From Octopus bimaculoides (lineage: Eukaryota), in assembly GCF_001194135.2 (NCBI RefSeq), contig NC_068993.1, positions 52,619,883 to 52,683,882 of the forward strand: DNA of 64,000 nt. Reading direction: 5' to 3'. Under the pieces are notes generated by a model. It was not told where the DNA came from. It worked only from the letters and a program-made list of their open reading frames with translations, and did not search any database. A program made the translations under genes and the position numbers. Within the stretch, counting starts at the first letter, position 1. Every line of letters starts with the position of its first letter. Of the stretch, positions 1 through 11,100 are shown piece by piece.

Positions 1-135
1 CATATATATATGTGTGTGTGTGTGTGTTTTAGTAAAATTTTTAAAATTAATCTAAACAAGAGAGAGTTAATATTCCATTCAGTGAATTTTGGTCAACTTT
101 GCTGCTTGATAAAAATAGCAATATCTCTAATCAGA

Positions 136-198
<63 letters not shown>

Positions 199-204
199 TA
201 TATA

Positions 205-383
205 CTGTAAAAGCACCCACTACACTCTCGGATTGGTTGGCGTTAGGAAGGGCATCCAGCTGTAGAAACTCTGCCAAATCAGATTGGAGCCTGGTGTAAC
301 CACCTGGTTCACCAGTCCTCAGTCAAATCGTCCAACCCATGCTAGCATGGAAAGCGGACGTTAAACGATGATGATGATGATGA
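205..383 (+). mobile_element. RTE-LINE 3' end (or SINE sharing it) with (GAT)n tail
   Basis: Sequence ...catgctagcatggaaagcggacgttaaacgatgatgat recurs at ~9090-9270 (+), 19566-20060 (-) and 21145-21375 (-). The last copy lies across the N gap from an RT-coding fragment in the same orientation. Confidence 0.75.
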
Positions 384-398
384 TTTTAGGACAGTTAA

Positions 399-1317
399 CC
401 CTTCGTGGGCCGGCAGAGTTGGAATTACACAAAAGGCCATTGGGATCCCGAGGGACCCACACTATCCATAAAGTAACATTTGTTTAATCTTGTATATATG
501 TGCGAGTGCATGATATAGAACAAGAAATTTAGCATCTTATAGGTTTATATTTGTAATTATTAGCATTTAATAGAGGGGAATTAAAATATAATTCATTGAC
601 TGAAAAAATCCTTTATCGAAAGAAATCAACAGTTTTTATAGTTTTATAAACTATACATATAGTACTAAATATAAAATAAAACAAAATTATTTAGCATACT
701 GATTCATACCAGTACAAATAGTTATAGTTCATCAGAATATTTGAAAAAAGAACAGAAAAAAAATAATTCCACAGAAGGCCGATGGGGTCCAGTTGGGCCG
801 CATGGAAACTTTTAACTCAGTGGCTGTGTGGTAAGTAGCTTGCTTACCAACCACATGGTTCCGGGTTCAGTCCCACTGCATGGCACCTTGGGCAAGTGTC
901 TTCTACTATAGCCTCGGGCCGACCAAAGCCTTGTGAGTGGATTTGGTAGACGGAAACTGAAAGAAGCCCGTCGTATATATGTATATATATATATATGTGT
1001 GTGTGTGTTTATGTGTCCGTGTCTATATATATGTGGTGTGTTTACGTCCCCGTAACTTAGCGGTTCGGCAAAAGAGACCGATAGAATAAGTACTAGGCTT
1101 CCAAAGAATAAGTCCTGGGGTCGATTTGCTCGACTAAAGGCGGTGCTCCAGCATGGCCGCAGTCAAATGACTGAAACAAGTAAAGAGTATGTGCATACAT
1201 AAACTATTGACAATAAAAGTCATGATATATAAAAATCATTTACATAAAGAATAGTAAAAATTGCATAACTTATAAAATTTGCTGAAGTCCCATGGGACTC
1301 CACCGGCTCACGAAAGG
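399..1317. mobile_element. Non-autonomous piggyBac-type DNA element with a nested SINE
   Basis: TTAA at 395-398 and 1318-1321. Terminal inverted repeats CCCTTCGTGGGCCGG and CCGGCTCACGAAAGG. No ORF. SINE inserted at ~820-1190. Confidence 0.75.
820..1190 (+). mobile_element. tRNA-derived SINE family A with internal (TA/TG)n
   Basis: tRNA-like head gtggctgtgtggtaag...ggttcagtccc (A/B boxes). Further copies at ~16360-16540, 32180-32530, 48448-48790 (+) and 53030-53340 (-). Confidence 0.8.
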
Positions 1318-1371
1318 TTAATGTTCGCATTGCGATTACTGTCTGTGTGTGAATGTGTAGTGATATTAGTA

Positions 1372-1672
1372 CAGTGAAGCTTTGGTTTATGAATGCCTCT
1401 AATCACAGACAAGTCGGTACACGAAAACGTTTCTGGTGACGAACAGTGTCTCGAATAACGAACACGCAAGCTGGCAATGATGGTTGATAAGCCGAGAGTA
1501 TCAGCGAGGGCGCGTCAGTTGTTGTCTAGCTTTTGCTTAGTGAACGAATTCTCTTGAATTTCCTATGAGAAAAATGGTTTCGGTTTACGAATATTTCAAA
1601 TGACATTTAATGAACGAATTAAATTCGTTCGTTAAATGTAATTTGAAATATTCGTAAACCGAGATTCCACTG
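1372..1672. mobile_element. Tigger/pogo-like MITE
   Basis: TIRs CAGTGAAGCTTTGGTTTATGAAT and ATTCGTAAACCGAGATTCCACTG. TA at the left flank; right flank is AA. Confidence 0.65.
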
Positions 1673-2553
1673 AATAGTTAATGTTTTAATGTTAGTTATA
1701 AAATGGAAGGTTTAATTATTCGCAATGATTTCGCTATCATAAATAAATAATGACCATAGCGTTAAATCAGATGATTGAAAAAATACTAAGCGTTAACTAA
1801 AATTCTCTTTCTTTTTATTCAGCAAATAACCCTCCGGAGAATTAATCTGAACCGTATGGACTCTCCGTATAACCTTTAATTACAAATAATTGTATCCATT
1901 CTATTGTGTATAGAGTATTCAATTAAACAACGGTCTTTCTCATCGAATACTGGACATATTTTATTAATAACAATAGGCATTGACTAAGTAAGGGATACGA
2001 CTCTGACGTTTCTAGAGTTATTTCCCTTTATATCTAAACTTTTTTTTTAAAAATCACTTTTACTTTGGTTATTTCTAATATTGAACATATTGGAAACAGT
2101 CAAACCTTTCAGTTACGTAACTTAAAAGTGAGTTTAGTACCAGAAATTCTTAATTAAATTATCAATTAGCATTTGTATATATATTAGCAAATGTAGCGAT
2201 ATTAATGTGGCAAACAAGAGAAGTGAATTAGTAAGTGTAAGAGAGGAAAAGAGGCTGAGAGGGATGAAAGAGAAGGATGGAAGGAATGTGTGCTTATATT
2301 TAATATCTTGAATATGTTGTGGAACCTCCACATAGCTAATTTAAAGCGATGAGCTGGCAAAATCTTTAGCAACATTTCAGCTGCTCTTTTGTTTTGAGAT
2401 CAAATTCCACCAAGATCAACTTTGCCTTTCATCCTTTTGGGGTTGATAAAATAAGTACCAGCTGAGCACTGGCGTTGATGCAATCGACTTACCCCTAATA
2501 TCTGGAATCGTTTGCCTTATGCCAAAATTTGAAATCCATATCTTAGATATATG

Positions 2554-2860
2554 TGGAGGCACATGGCCTAGTGCTTAGAGCAGTGGACTCGCGGTCGAAG
2601 GATCATGGATTTGAATCTCAGACTGGGCGATGTGTGTGTTTATGAGTGAAACACCTAAGCTCTACACACCTCCAGCAGAAGGTAATGGTGAACTTCTGCT
2701 GACTCTTTCATCACAACTTTTTCTCACTCTCTCCTCCTGCATCTAGCAGCACACCTGAGATGGACCAGCGTCTTGTCCAGGTGGGGAACCCATATGCCAA
2801 TGAAACTGGGAAACCGGCCTTTATGAGCCAAGCATGGCTCAAGAAGGAACAAACATCTTA
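2554..2860 (+). mobile_element. tRNA-derived SINE family C
   Basis: tRNA-like head ggaggcacatggcctagtgcttagagcagtggactcgcgg. A reverse copy at ~55850-56160 lies next to a formin donor site. Confidence 0.7.
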
Positions 2861-2981
2861 GATATATAGGTATAATTAAACTAAAGACTAAAAAAATTAT
2901 TAAAGGGAAAAGACAACCAGTTTCATTGTATTTTTTCTTAACATTTAGTAAAAATCTTTAGATTTATAAAATAACCCTTAC

Positions 2982-3528
2982 CTCGTTATCACAATTTGAC
3001 ACTTTTATCTTCATTCTTATATTGATATTCTTCTCCAGTAACTCTTTCATTTTGTTTAACTTAACAAGAAAATCATGTTCCGATATGGTACTTTTTATGT
3101 GAAGAGTTTTCTCTATAGCGGATTTTTCTTTTTTGAATTTTTTCAGAGTGAGCCGAGATTCAGTTAACTGTTTACCTGTCATCAATTGATAATGTGGTTC
3201 TAATTCGTCCTCATTTATTTGTACTAATTTGAGGTCCTTTAATTTTGCCAGCTTCTGAGCCTCATTTTTCTCAACAACAGGTAACAGATGACCAGTCTCA
3301 TCAAATAATTTAATCAACTTTGGTATTTCTTGTTCAGTGTTATCACCAACAGGTAGTTTACTAATAGCATTACTTTTCTTATATTTTGACTGCTTCCCAG
3401 TTGAAGCAAATCTCAGCTGAATGCTGACAGGAGCTGTGCAGGGTTTTAACTGTGATAGATGTAACAATGGACGATACAGGGAAGAAAATCTGAAAAATAG
3501 AATATTAGCTTTCATAGACATATTACAA
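2982..3528 (-). CDS. MTIF3: MTIF3 coding exon 2
   Basis: Acceptor catcatag|TTG, donor GAG|GTAAGG; IF3-like translation. Confidence 0.88.
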
Positions 3529-4826
3529 CTATGATGATGTATAGAGGATATAGAGTAGTCTGCACTTTCCCTTTCAGCTTTCTGTACACTTCGTTTGAAT
3601 TGGAGTTCAAGGAAGGGTATTACTTAAGTCTTGTCTTTCTGAAAGCAGATCATGAATTTCTGCTGATTTGTCTGAGAATCAGTCATTGGACTGACATGAT
3701 TTAAATCCCACTGAAGAACTTGCAGCCTGATATACTTTTGTTTTGAAATCTTCCCATAGATTGTTTGGGTCAAGATTGATACTTTCTATAGCATTGTGGA
3801 ATCTTTGTATGTTGCTTGGTAATTTGAAGTTTGCAACATTTAACTTTTTGAGTACCTCAGAACCAGACTGCTGACTTTTAGGCATTATTGAAAAGTTTTA
3901 TATTTCCATGCACTAGACAACGGTCAGTCCAGCTCCCTGCTCCTCTCATGGTCCGAACACTAGAAACATCTTTCATATCACGCTTTCTGATCAAAATATA
4001 ATCTATGGGATGCCAGTCCTTAGATCTTGGGTGGTTTTATATTTATTTTTCTGTTTGAACAGAGTGTTGTTAACAACCAGATTATTCTCAGTACATACAT
4101 ATATAAACATACCTATACACACACACGCATATATATGTGTGTATGTGCATGCAAAATATATTTGTATACATATGCGTACGTATTTACCACTTTTAGCATG
4201 TCAAATGATCACGCTTTCCTGAAGAGAACTAATAACATCGAAACCTGTCCATTGCTTTAAAGACGAGGACCGCTCTCTGTTTTAACTTTATTTCCGAAAC
4301 ACGTCAGCTAACTGATTTACAGGAAGTTATCTCGCTTATACATTGTTTTTAGATTTTAAAAATCACGGGGTAAGCTTTTATACATTAATGACATGGGTCA
4401 TCTTCAGTTTCAAAAAAAATTTTTTTTTAAACATACAAAGAAGCGACAACAGATCCAAAGAGAACAAAGACAACAGAGGTCAACGGAGCCGCTGAGCTGA
4501 ATGTCGTTAATGACAAGCGTAGATATACATCGTAAACACGTAATTGAACTGACTGGTAAAAACGAGAGCCGCTGTTACTTATTTTACACAATAATAAATA
4601 CAGACACTAACCAAAATAGCAGAAATTGCAAACATCAATAAATTTACTTAAGAAACAAAACTATAATGCTTTAAAATTTAGTAATTTTTTTTAAAGAATA
4701 AAATATGTAGATGTACATGACTGAAATTAATGCTATCCTGACCGCATACAAATATCAGTGTCAATAGATCGTAAGAAAATATCATGCAACTTACATCCTT
4801 CGTTGACCAACGGCAATTGCAGCCAT
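2982..4826 (-). CDS. MTIF3: Mitochondrial translation initiation factor IF-3, 5' part (exons 4826-4795 and 3528-2982; 3' exon(s) not found)
   Basis: Spliced N-terminus MAAIAVGQRRICNMSMKANILFFRFSS, then IF3 N-domain (IKLFDETGHLL...EAQKLAKLKDLKLVQI...YQLMTGKQL) and start of the C-domain (KTLHIKSTISEHDFLVKLNKMKELLEK). Junctions are GT/AG and in frame. Confidence 0.85.
3560..3990 (-). mobile_element. Degraded RTE-type LINE ORF fragment
   Basis: LWEDFKTKVYQAASSSVGFK...ND*FSDKSAEIHDLL resembles the RTE endonuclease-RT linker; contains stops. Confidence 0.55.
4795..4826 (-). CDS. MTIF3: MTIF3 coding exon 1 (32 nt, MAAIAVGQRR)
   Basis: ATG at 4826 and donor GAT|GTAAGT. Its phase 2 joins the acceptor at 3528 in frame. 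Confidence 0.7.
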
Positions 4827-5110
4827 GCTATTTATTATTACACCGCTAACTATTTTTTTTTTTTTTTTACATGTTAATGCAGAAAATGTTTTCTAAAAGT
4901 AGCATACTTTTATCTTTGAAATTTCCCAACTTTTGATTTAAAATAAAAAAGACACAAACGTATAATTTTAAAATAAAGAAAGTTCTTTTTTTAAAAAAAT
5001 TAATACAAGATTCGTATTAACTAAAGCATTATATGAAAAAAAAATAACTCGGAAACAAAGTCTCGTTTGCGTGAGAGTTTAGTCCGTGATTTGTTGTGTG
5101 AAGCTTAATA
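4827..5110. promoter_or_regulatory. Bidirectional promoter region for MTIF3 and FIP1L1
   Basis: Divergent ATGs at 4826 (-) and 5111 (+) are 284 bp apart, with poly(dA:dT) tracts between them. Confidence 0.7.
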
Positions 5111-5174
5111 ATGGATGCAACTGCGCCGCCAACAGTTGACGGAGTTGAAGACGACGATGCCTGGTTGTATGGAG
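5111..5174 (+). CDS. FIP1L1: FIP1L1 exon 1
   Basis: [21 protein letters not shown]; donor GAG|GTAGGC. Confidence 0.93.
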
Positions 5175-8100
5175 GTAGGCTTACTCTTGTATTTTTGTTG
5201 CTGGAGATAGTTAAGTTCGTGTGTATTCATTATATCTATTCTTCGACATATTGGATGCTTTGCACCAGTCCGGTTCCGACCTCGACCCTATCAACTTTTC
5301 CCTTTTTCTGCTTTATCTGTATTTGCCTCCCTTATAAAATTCTGACTCTAAAAACACATCAAAATATGTCATTATTTTATTAAAAAAACCCTTTCATTGC
5401 TTACATTGTATGAAATAAGGAGTTGTAATTTTCATTCCTTTCTTTAATGGCGTTGGTAATTTGAAGGAAAACAAATTATTTCAACTGGGGATTGAAACCA
5501 GATTGCATGCTCCGTTTGTCGAAAATTTACCCTCATTCTATGTTGCAAAATTAATTTTAATTTTTTAAACACATCTTTCAGTAATTTAAATCTAAATTCA
5601 AATCTATAAAATGTTTCAATTTTCTTTAAACAATTGTGGGTTTTTTTTACATTTGCAATTGTTTTTGAGTGAGGATTCCATCAAATTTACTGATTATTGT
5701 GAAATGTGAGAGGTGTCCACTTTGTCACTTTCCTCTATAATTCTTTTCATGTCCATCTGGTTTTTTTTTCTTTTCTGTGAAACAATTTAATACCAAATAT
5801 TATTGTAACTACTTATGGGATGTATGATATCTGTTGCATTAGCACTAAGTATTTGTTTACTTTCTCTCGAAGTGGATAATTTCATTGAAATAAATTGCAT
5901 GGTATTTTGTATGGCATATCTACACGTGTATTCCCGCGAGAAAGTTTCATTAAAAAAAAAATCCATTATTCTGTGCCAGTATGAAAAATGGATGTTAAAT
6001 GATGATTTTATGTGTGTGTGTGTGTTCATGCTATATTATTAGCATTATCCTGCGTTTGAGAATAAATTATTACCTTATCTGTATCTTTCAATACATCTCA
6101 ACACTTCTAAAGCAAACTTTGTTGACTTTCAAGTTTAATTTATATATATATCTATATCAAGCAGTGTCATGTGCTTACAGTCAACCACAAAAGCATGTCT
6201 GGATTATTTGACATTTTGCATAATCTTTATAAGCAAAACTTCATAACTATGTCCAGGCTGTTTTGTTGTTTGATAGACTGTGAGATTACTAATTTGCTTG
6301 GATGCAAGTGTGGGTTAGCAACAGAAATAGGATCTGGTCATAGAAAAATCTGCCTTAACAATTTTGTCTGACCCATGCAAGCATGGGCAAGTGAATCTTA
6401 GAATGATGATGATACAAAATAATTCATTTCAACTATTAGTTGATGTTGTATTTTATTTGTATCTTATAGTCATCTCTAAATTTATTGTTATTTTGATTTG
6501 TTCTTTTTTTTTTTTTTCTAGATTCTGAAAGTAAAGAAAATTCAGAACCTCCTCCAACTAGGTAAGTGTTTCCTTGAAATTGATTTTTAAGGCTTGCTCT
6601 GGTTATCTTAGAGCATTGATTTTCAACCAGGGTCCATATAAGATTTAGTTGTTAAAATTTATGTGCAATAAATTGACTATGTATTTACAATACACTAAAT
6701 ATTTAATTATAAAAATATAAGAGGATTTTTTAAACATTGAATGGCTATGGGGGTCCACCTGAGTAAGATAGGGATCAAAGGGGCCCATGAGTAAATACTG
6801 GTTGAGAATCACTGCTTTAGAAGAAAACTTCAAACATTTGATGAACAAATTTTTAAGAACTGAAGTGGAATGACATAGAGGCTGTTTGGCAGCCATGAAT
6901 ACTTGCACAAAAGCCGTGGTTGCTGACCACACATACCTTTGCTACATGCCATGGAGGCCATCATATGTCTCTGTGACAGCCATAGATGTTGTCTGCTGCA
7001 CATTCTTGATCGGTAATAGTGTGAACATGTGGTATATCAAAGATACTATATGAACATGCCTGTGTGATATATCATGGATACTGTCTACAGACTATGCCTT
7101 ATGTCCTTAGTAAGATACGTAACTGTGAACCAAGCTGGAAAACCACAACCCTGATACACTATAAATTGTTCAGTTTTTAGAATAGATTCTACTTGAAACC
7201 TAATGTGTTTGAACAAATCTCCATCTCATGAAACAAATTGGATGTAGAACAAAAATTACTGATCAATTCTCATAACCAAATTGAATTTTGTGTTTTTTTT
7301 TTTTCTTCGTTTGTTTGTCTGTAAACTTTTGAGAACAATTTCTGCAATAAATGTAACAAATATTTTTGTTTTATGTTTAGTGATGGCAGAAACGATGCTG
7401 ATGAAAGCGTAAAATCTGAAGGCTCAGTAAAAGAAAGTAGTCCTCCATCGGCAACTAATGGATCTAGTCAGGCCAAACCTAAAGACCCTGATGATAAGGA
7501 AGCGGGAGAATTGGTAAGTCTGGTCTCGCATTATAATTTCAATCACTGTGATCTGTGAAATATTTGTATTTCATTCAAATCGTGTAGTGCCCATTTGTCG
7601 AGCTTTTTTGATTTTCCAATTGCGTGCAAATGGTTGCAGGCAGTTTTCTAACTAACTTGAAGTTCTTTTGCCAGTTCTCAAGTGGTTTTACATGGATCTT
7701 TCTCACTGACAGTCTTTAATTGACCGTCATCGATGACAGTTGGACGTTCACTATGCTCATGATCTTCAAGGCTCAGGTCTCCACTGCGAAATCGTTTAAA
7801 CCATTTTTGAGCTGACCACTCACTGGTCATTTCCTCATCAAATGTTTCGTTGATATCGTGAGCAGTTTCAGCTGCTTTATGTCCTTTTTTTAAAGTTGAA
7901 TATCAAAATCGCTCGAATATCGTGCTTTGACAGTCCCATTTCAGATTATTGTAACAATGGTGAAAAATATATCAATGTTGATTTATTGATGCATTTGGGC
8001 AAGTCCATGTCTGTATTATCAGACAATTGAAAAAGAAATGTTTAAAATAAATTCAAAACTCTGCAAAAATCCCATACAAATTCTTCATGGTTCAAAACGT

Positions 8101-11100
8101 TGCTTACTTTTTACTAAACCTGATATATATTTATAAATATGATGGGCTTCTTTTAATTTCTGTCTACCAAATATCCACTCAAAAGGCTTTCATTGGCCTG
8201 GGTTTGTAGTAGAAAACACTTGCCCATGTAGTGGGGCTGAACCTGAAATCACATGATTGGAAACAGATTTGTTAACCACACAACCAATGATTTAAAATGT
8301 TTGTTTCCTTTCTGTCTCCCATGTGATTCTCTTCTGAAGTTAGTGATAGTCATCTGTTGATGACCTTTTGACTTTTGTTGAAATGAACGTGTAACATTTT
8401 GTATTTCCAGAGCGGAGAAGAAGATCTTGGTGACCGGAAAGAAGATGACGATTCCGATGATGATGATTTGGTCCAGGTTACGATTGGTGACATCAAGTCA
8501 GGACCATCAGTCTATGAGTAAATTGCCATCTTTCTTTTCTAAAGAAATAGAAAATATCTCAGAATTTAATCATAATAGTTATACTGACCCTAGAGGCATC
8601 TAAATCTCTTGGGTGACCCACAGATTCAACATAACAGCTTTGGTAATGTGGCACTCTGTGTATGTGTTTGTGTAAGAGTAATTTTGTCTCTGATCAAATG
8701 TTTGATGCAAAAAACATTCTATGTCTGATATATTACCAACATTAATTTGAAACCTGAAATCGAAATCGAATCGAATCCGATGACTGGCACCCATGCCAAC
8801 CTCTCCTTCATTGGACACTAAACTCTGCTTGCGAAGACCTGTTGGGGCAAGTGAAATCGAAATTGAACCATCCCCGATGACTGGTCACCGCGCCAGTGGA
8901 GCACTAACAGCACTGTCGAGCGTGTTCATTGCCAGAGCAGCTGTCTGGCTTCCGTGCTAGTGGCCCGTAAATAGCACCATTAGAGTGTTATCAGCGTTGC
9001 CTTCTAGCACTTGAGCTGGTGGCACGTTAGAAAATCTTTCGAGCAAGGTCCTTGCCAGTGCCGCTGGACTGGCTCCTGTGCAGGTGGCACGTAAAAGCAC
9101 CCACTACACTCACAGAGTGGTTGATGTTAGGAAGGGCATCCAGCTGTAGAAACTCTGCCAGATCAGATTGGAGCCTGGTGCAGCCTTCTGGCTTGCCAGT
9201 CCTCAGTCAAATTGTCCAACCCATGCTAACATGGAAAGTGGACGTTAAACGATGATGATGATGATGATGATCAATCCTTTAGCATTTAAACTGGATGTAT
9301 CCAGTCAAAATATTCTACTTTTTTTATGTTCAAAGTGGCCAAATCTGACATCTCACACCTACACTAGAATGTTATTTTGAACATAAACAATCACATCATT
9401 GGAATATCAAGGTTACAAGATAATGCAGGATAAATTCAAAATAATGTGAATAAGCAAGCATTACATTTGGCAGAATAATCTGAACACTAAAAGGTTAAAT
9501 GGAATGGTTCTATTATTCAGAAGCATTTTGCTATCTTTTAGCACTTGTCTTCACATCTCGCCTTTGTTTAATTAACTACAATTAAGTGATACTTAAAAAA
9601 ATATTAAACTTTATTCACTTTATTAAAAGTTTTTTATAAAATAGCTTGCTTCCAGTCAGCCATCATAATCATCCATTTTCACATGCTTGCACAGGTGTAA
9701 TAGAATTTGATGAGGTAGATTTTCTATGGCTAGATGCCATTACTGTTGCTACCCCGCACATGTTTCTAAGCAAGGTAATATTTCTCCATGACAGCGATGT
9801 TCATTTGCAACCCTCACGATAAGTTGAGACAAGAATATGTCTACCATATCTACTTGTGTGCTCTTTGTCGACCTGGGGCTACAGTAGAAGACACTTGCCC
9901 AGGGTGCCATGCATTGAGACTGATCCCAAGATCACATGGTTGGGAAACAAGCTCCTCAATCACATAGCCAATACTGTGCCTTGCCATGACAAGTATTGTA
10001 GAATAATAGTTTGTTCCTAGTCAGCTCTTTGACCTGAGTTCAATTCCCAAATGAGCCATTGCAGTTCTCCAGACATAGTTAATGACCACAAAAAAAAAAG
10101 ATCTTCCAGATTTATTTACCTTCAATAACAGATTTTCATTAAATTATTTTGGTTTTTATTGGATTTGTTTTGTTTCATGTTTTTTTTTTAATTCAATTAT
10201 ATTTATTTATTTATTCCAGGACACCAAGAATTTTCAAACAGGGCACTGGTTATAACAAATCTTCCTCAGGTAATTCATATTGTTGAATTAATTTAATTGG
10301 AAACTTGAATCAATAAACTGTCTTTAATCTCTAGTTTAATGTGTGCAAAAACATTGTCTTAGTTTAGATGTATATAAAATCTTTCTTATGATTGATTACA
10401 TAATCCCTTTTAATTCAAGATATATTTTTATAATTCGCAGGAACAAGTGGCTTAAACAAACCTCAAGGAAAAGGAATTGATTTGGAAGCTGTTGGCACAA
10501 ATAATGGTGTTCCTACATATGACTTTGATTTTGATAGCCTTCAAGCAGAAGATAAACCTTGGAGGAAGCCTGGTGAGTTATTTAACCCTTTAGCATTCAA
10601 ACCAGCAATATCTGACCTAAATATTCTACCAGTCTTATGTTAAAACTGGCCAGAGCTGGCCTGTTACACCTATCCTACAATGTTTTTTATAAAACTAAGC
10701 AATCACATCATGTAAATGTCTTAGCTACAAGATAATGCATGATTAATTCAAAACAATGGGAATAGATAAGCATTACATTTGAGAGAGAGTAATCTAAACA
10801 CTAAAGGGTTAGCTCTTAGTTTTATGATACCACAATAAAAGCACCCAGTACACTCAGTAAAGAGGTTTGCATTAGGTAGGGCATCCAGCTGTAGAAGCCA
10901 TGCCAAAGAAAACAAGGGAGTTTACTGCAGTCCTGTTGAACTGACCAACCCATGCTAGCATGGAAAAATGAAAATTAAAAATGATGTGTCTAGGTACAAT
11001 ACTGGTTACAGGTAGGGAAGGAAAGTCATATTATTTTCAGTGACTGGTTTACCAATATCATTTTAAAGTGCAGAGAAAGTGCATGGCTCAGAGGTTAGAG

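Noticed and set aside
820-900. tRNA-like sequences at SINE heads
   Set aside because: No complete cloverleaf; each continues into a SINE body repeated many times, so these are not tRNA genes.
1-2981. Search for the remaining MTIF3 exon(s)
   Set aside because: No phase-0 acceptor followed by an IF3-C-like frame was found (e.g. 1800-1960 and 2134-2331 fail). The exon is probably left of the window.
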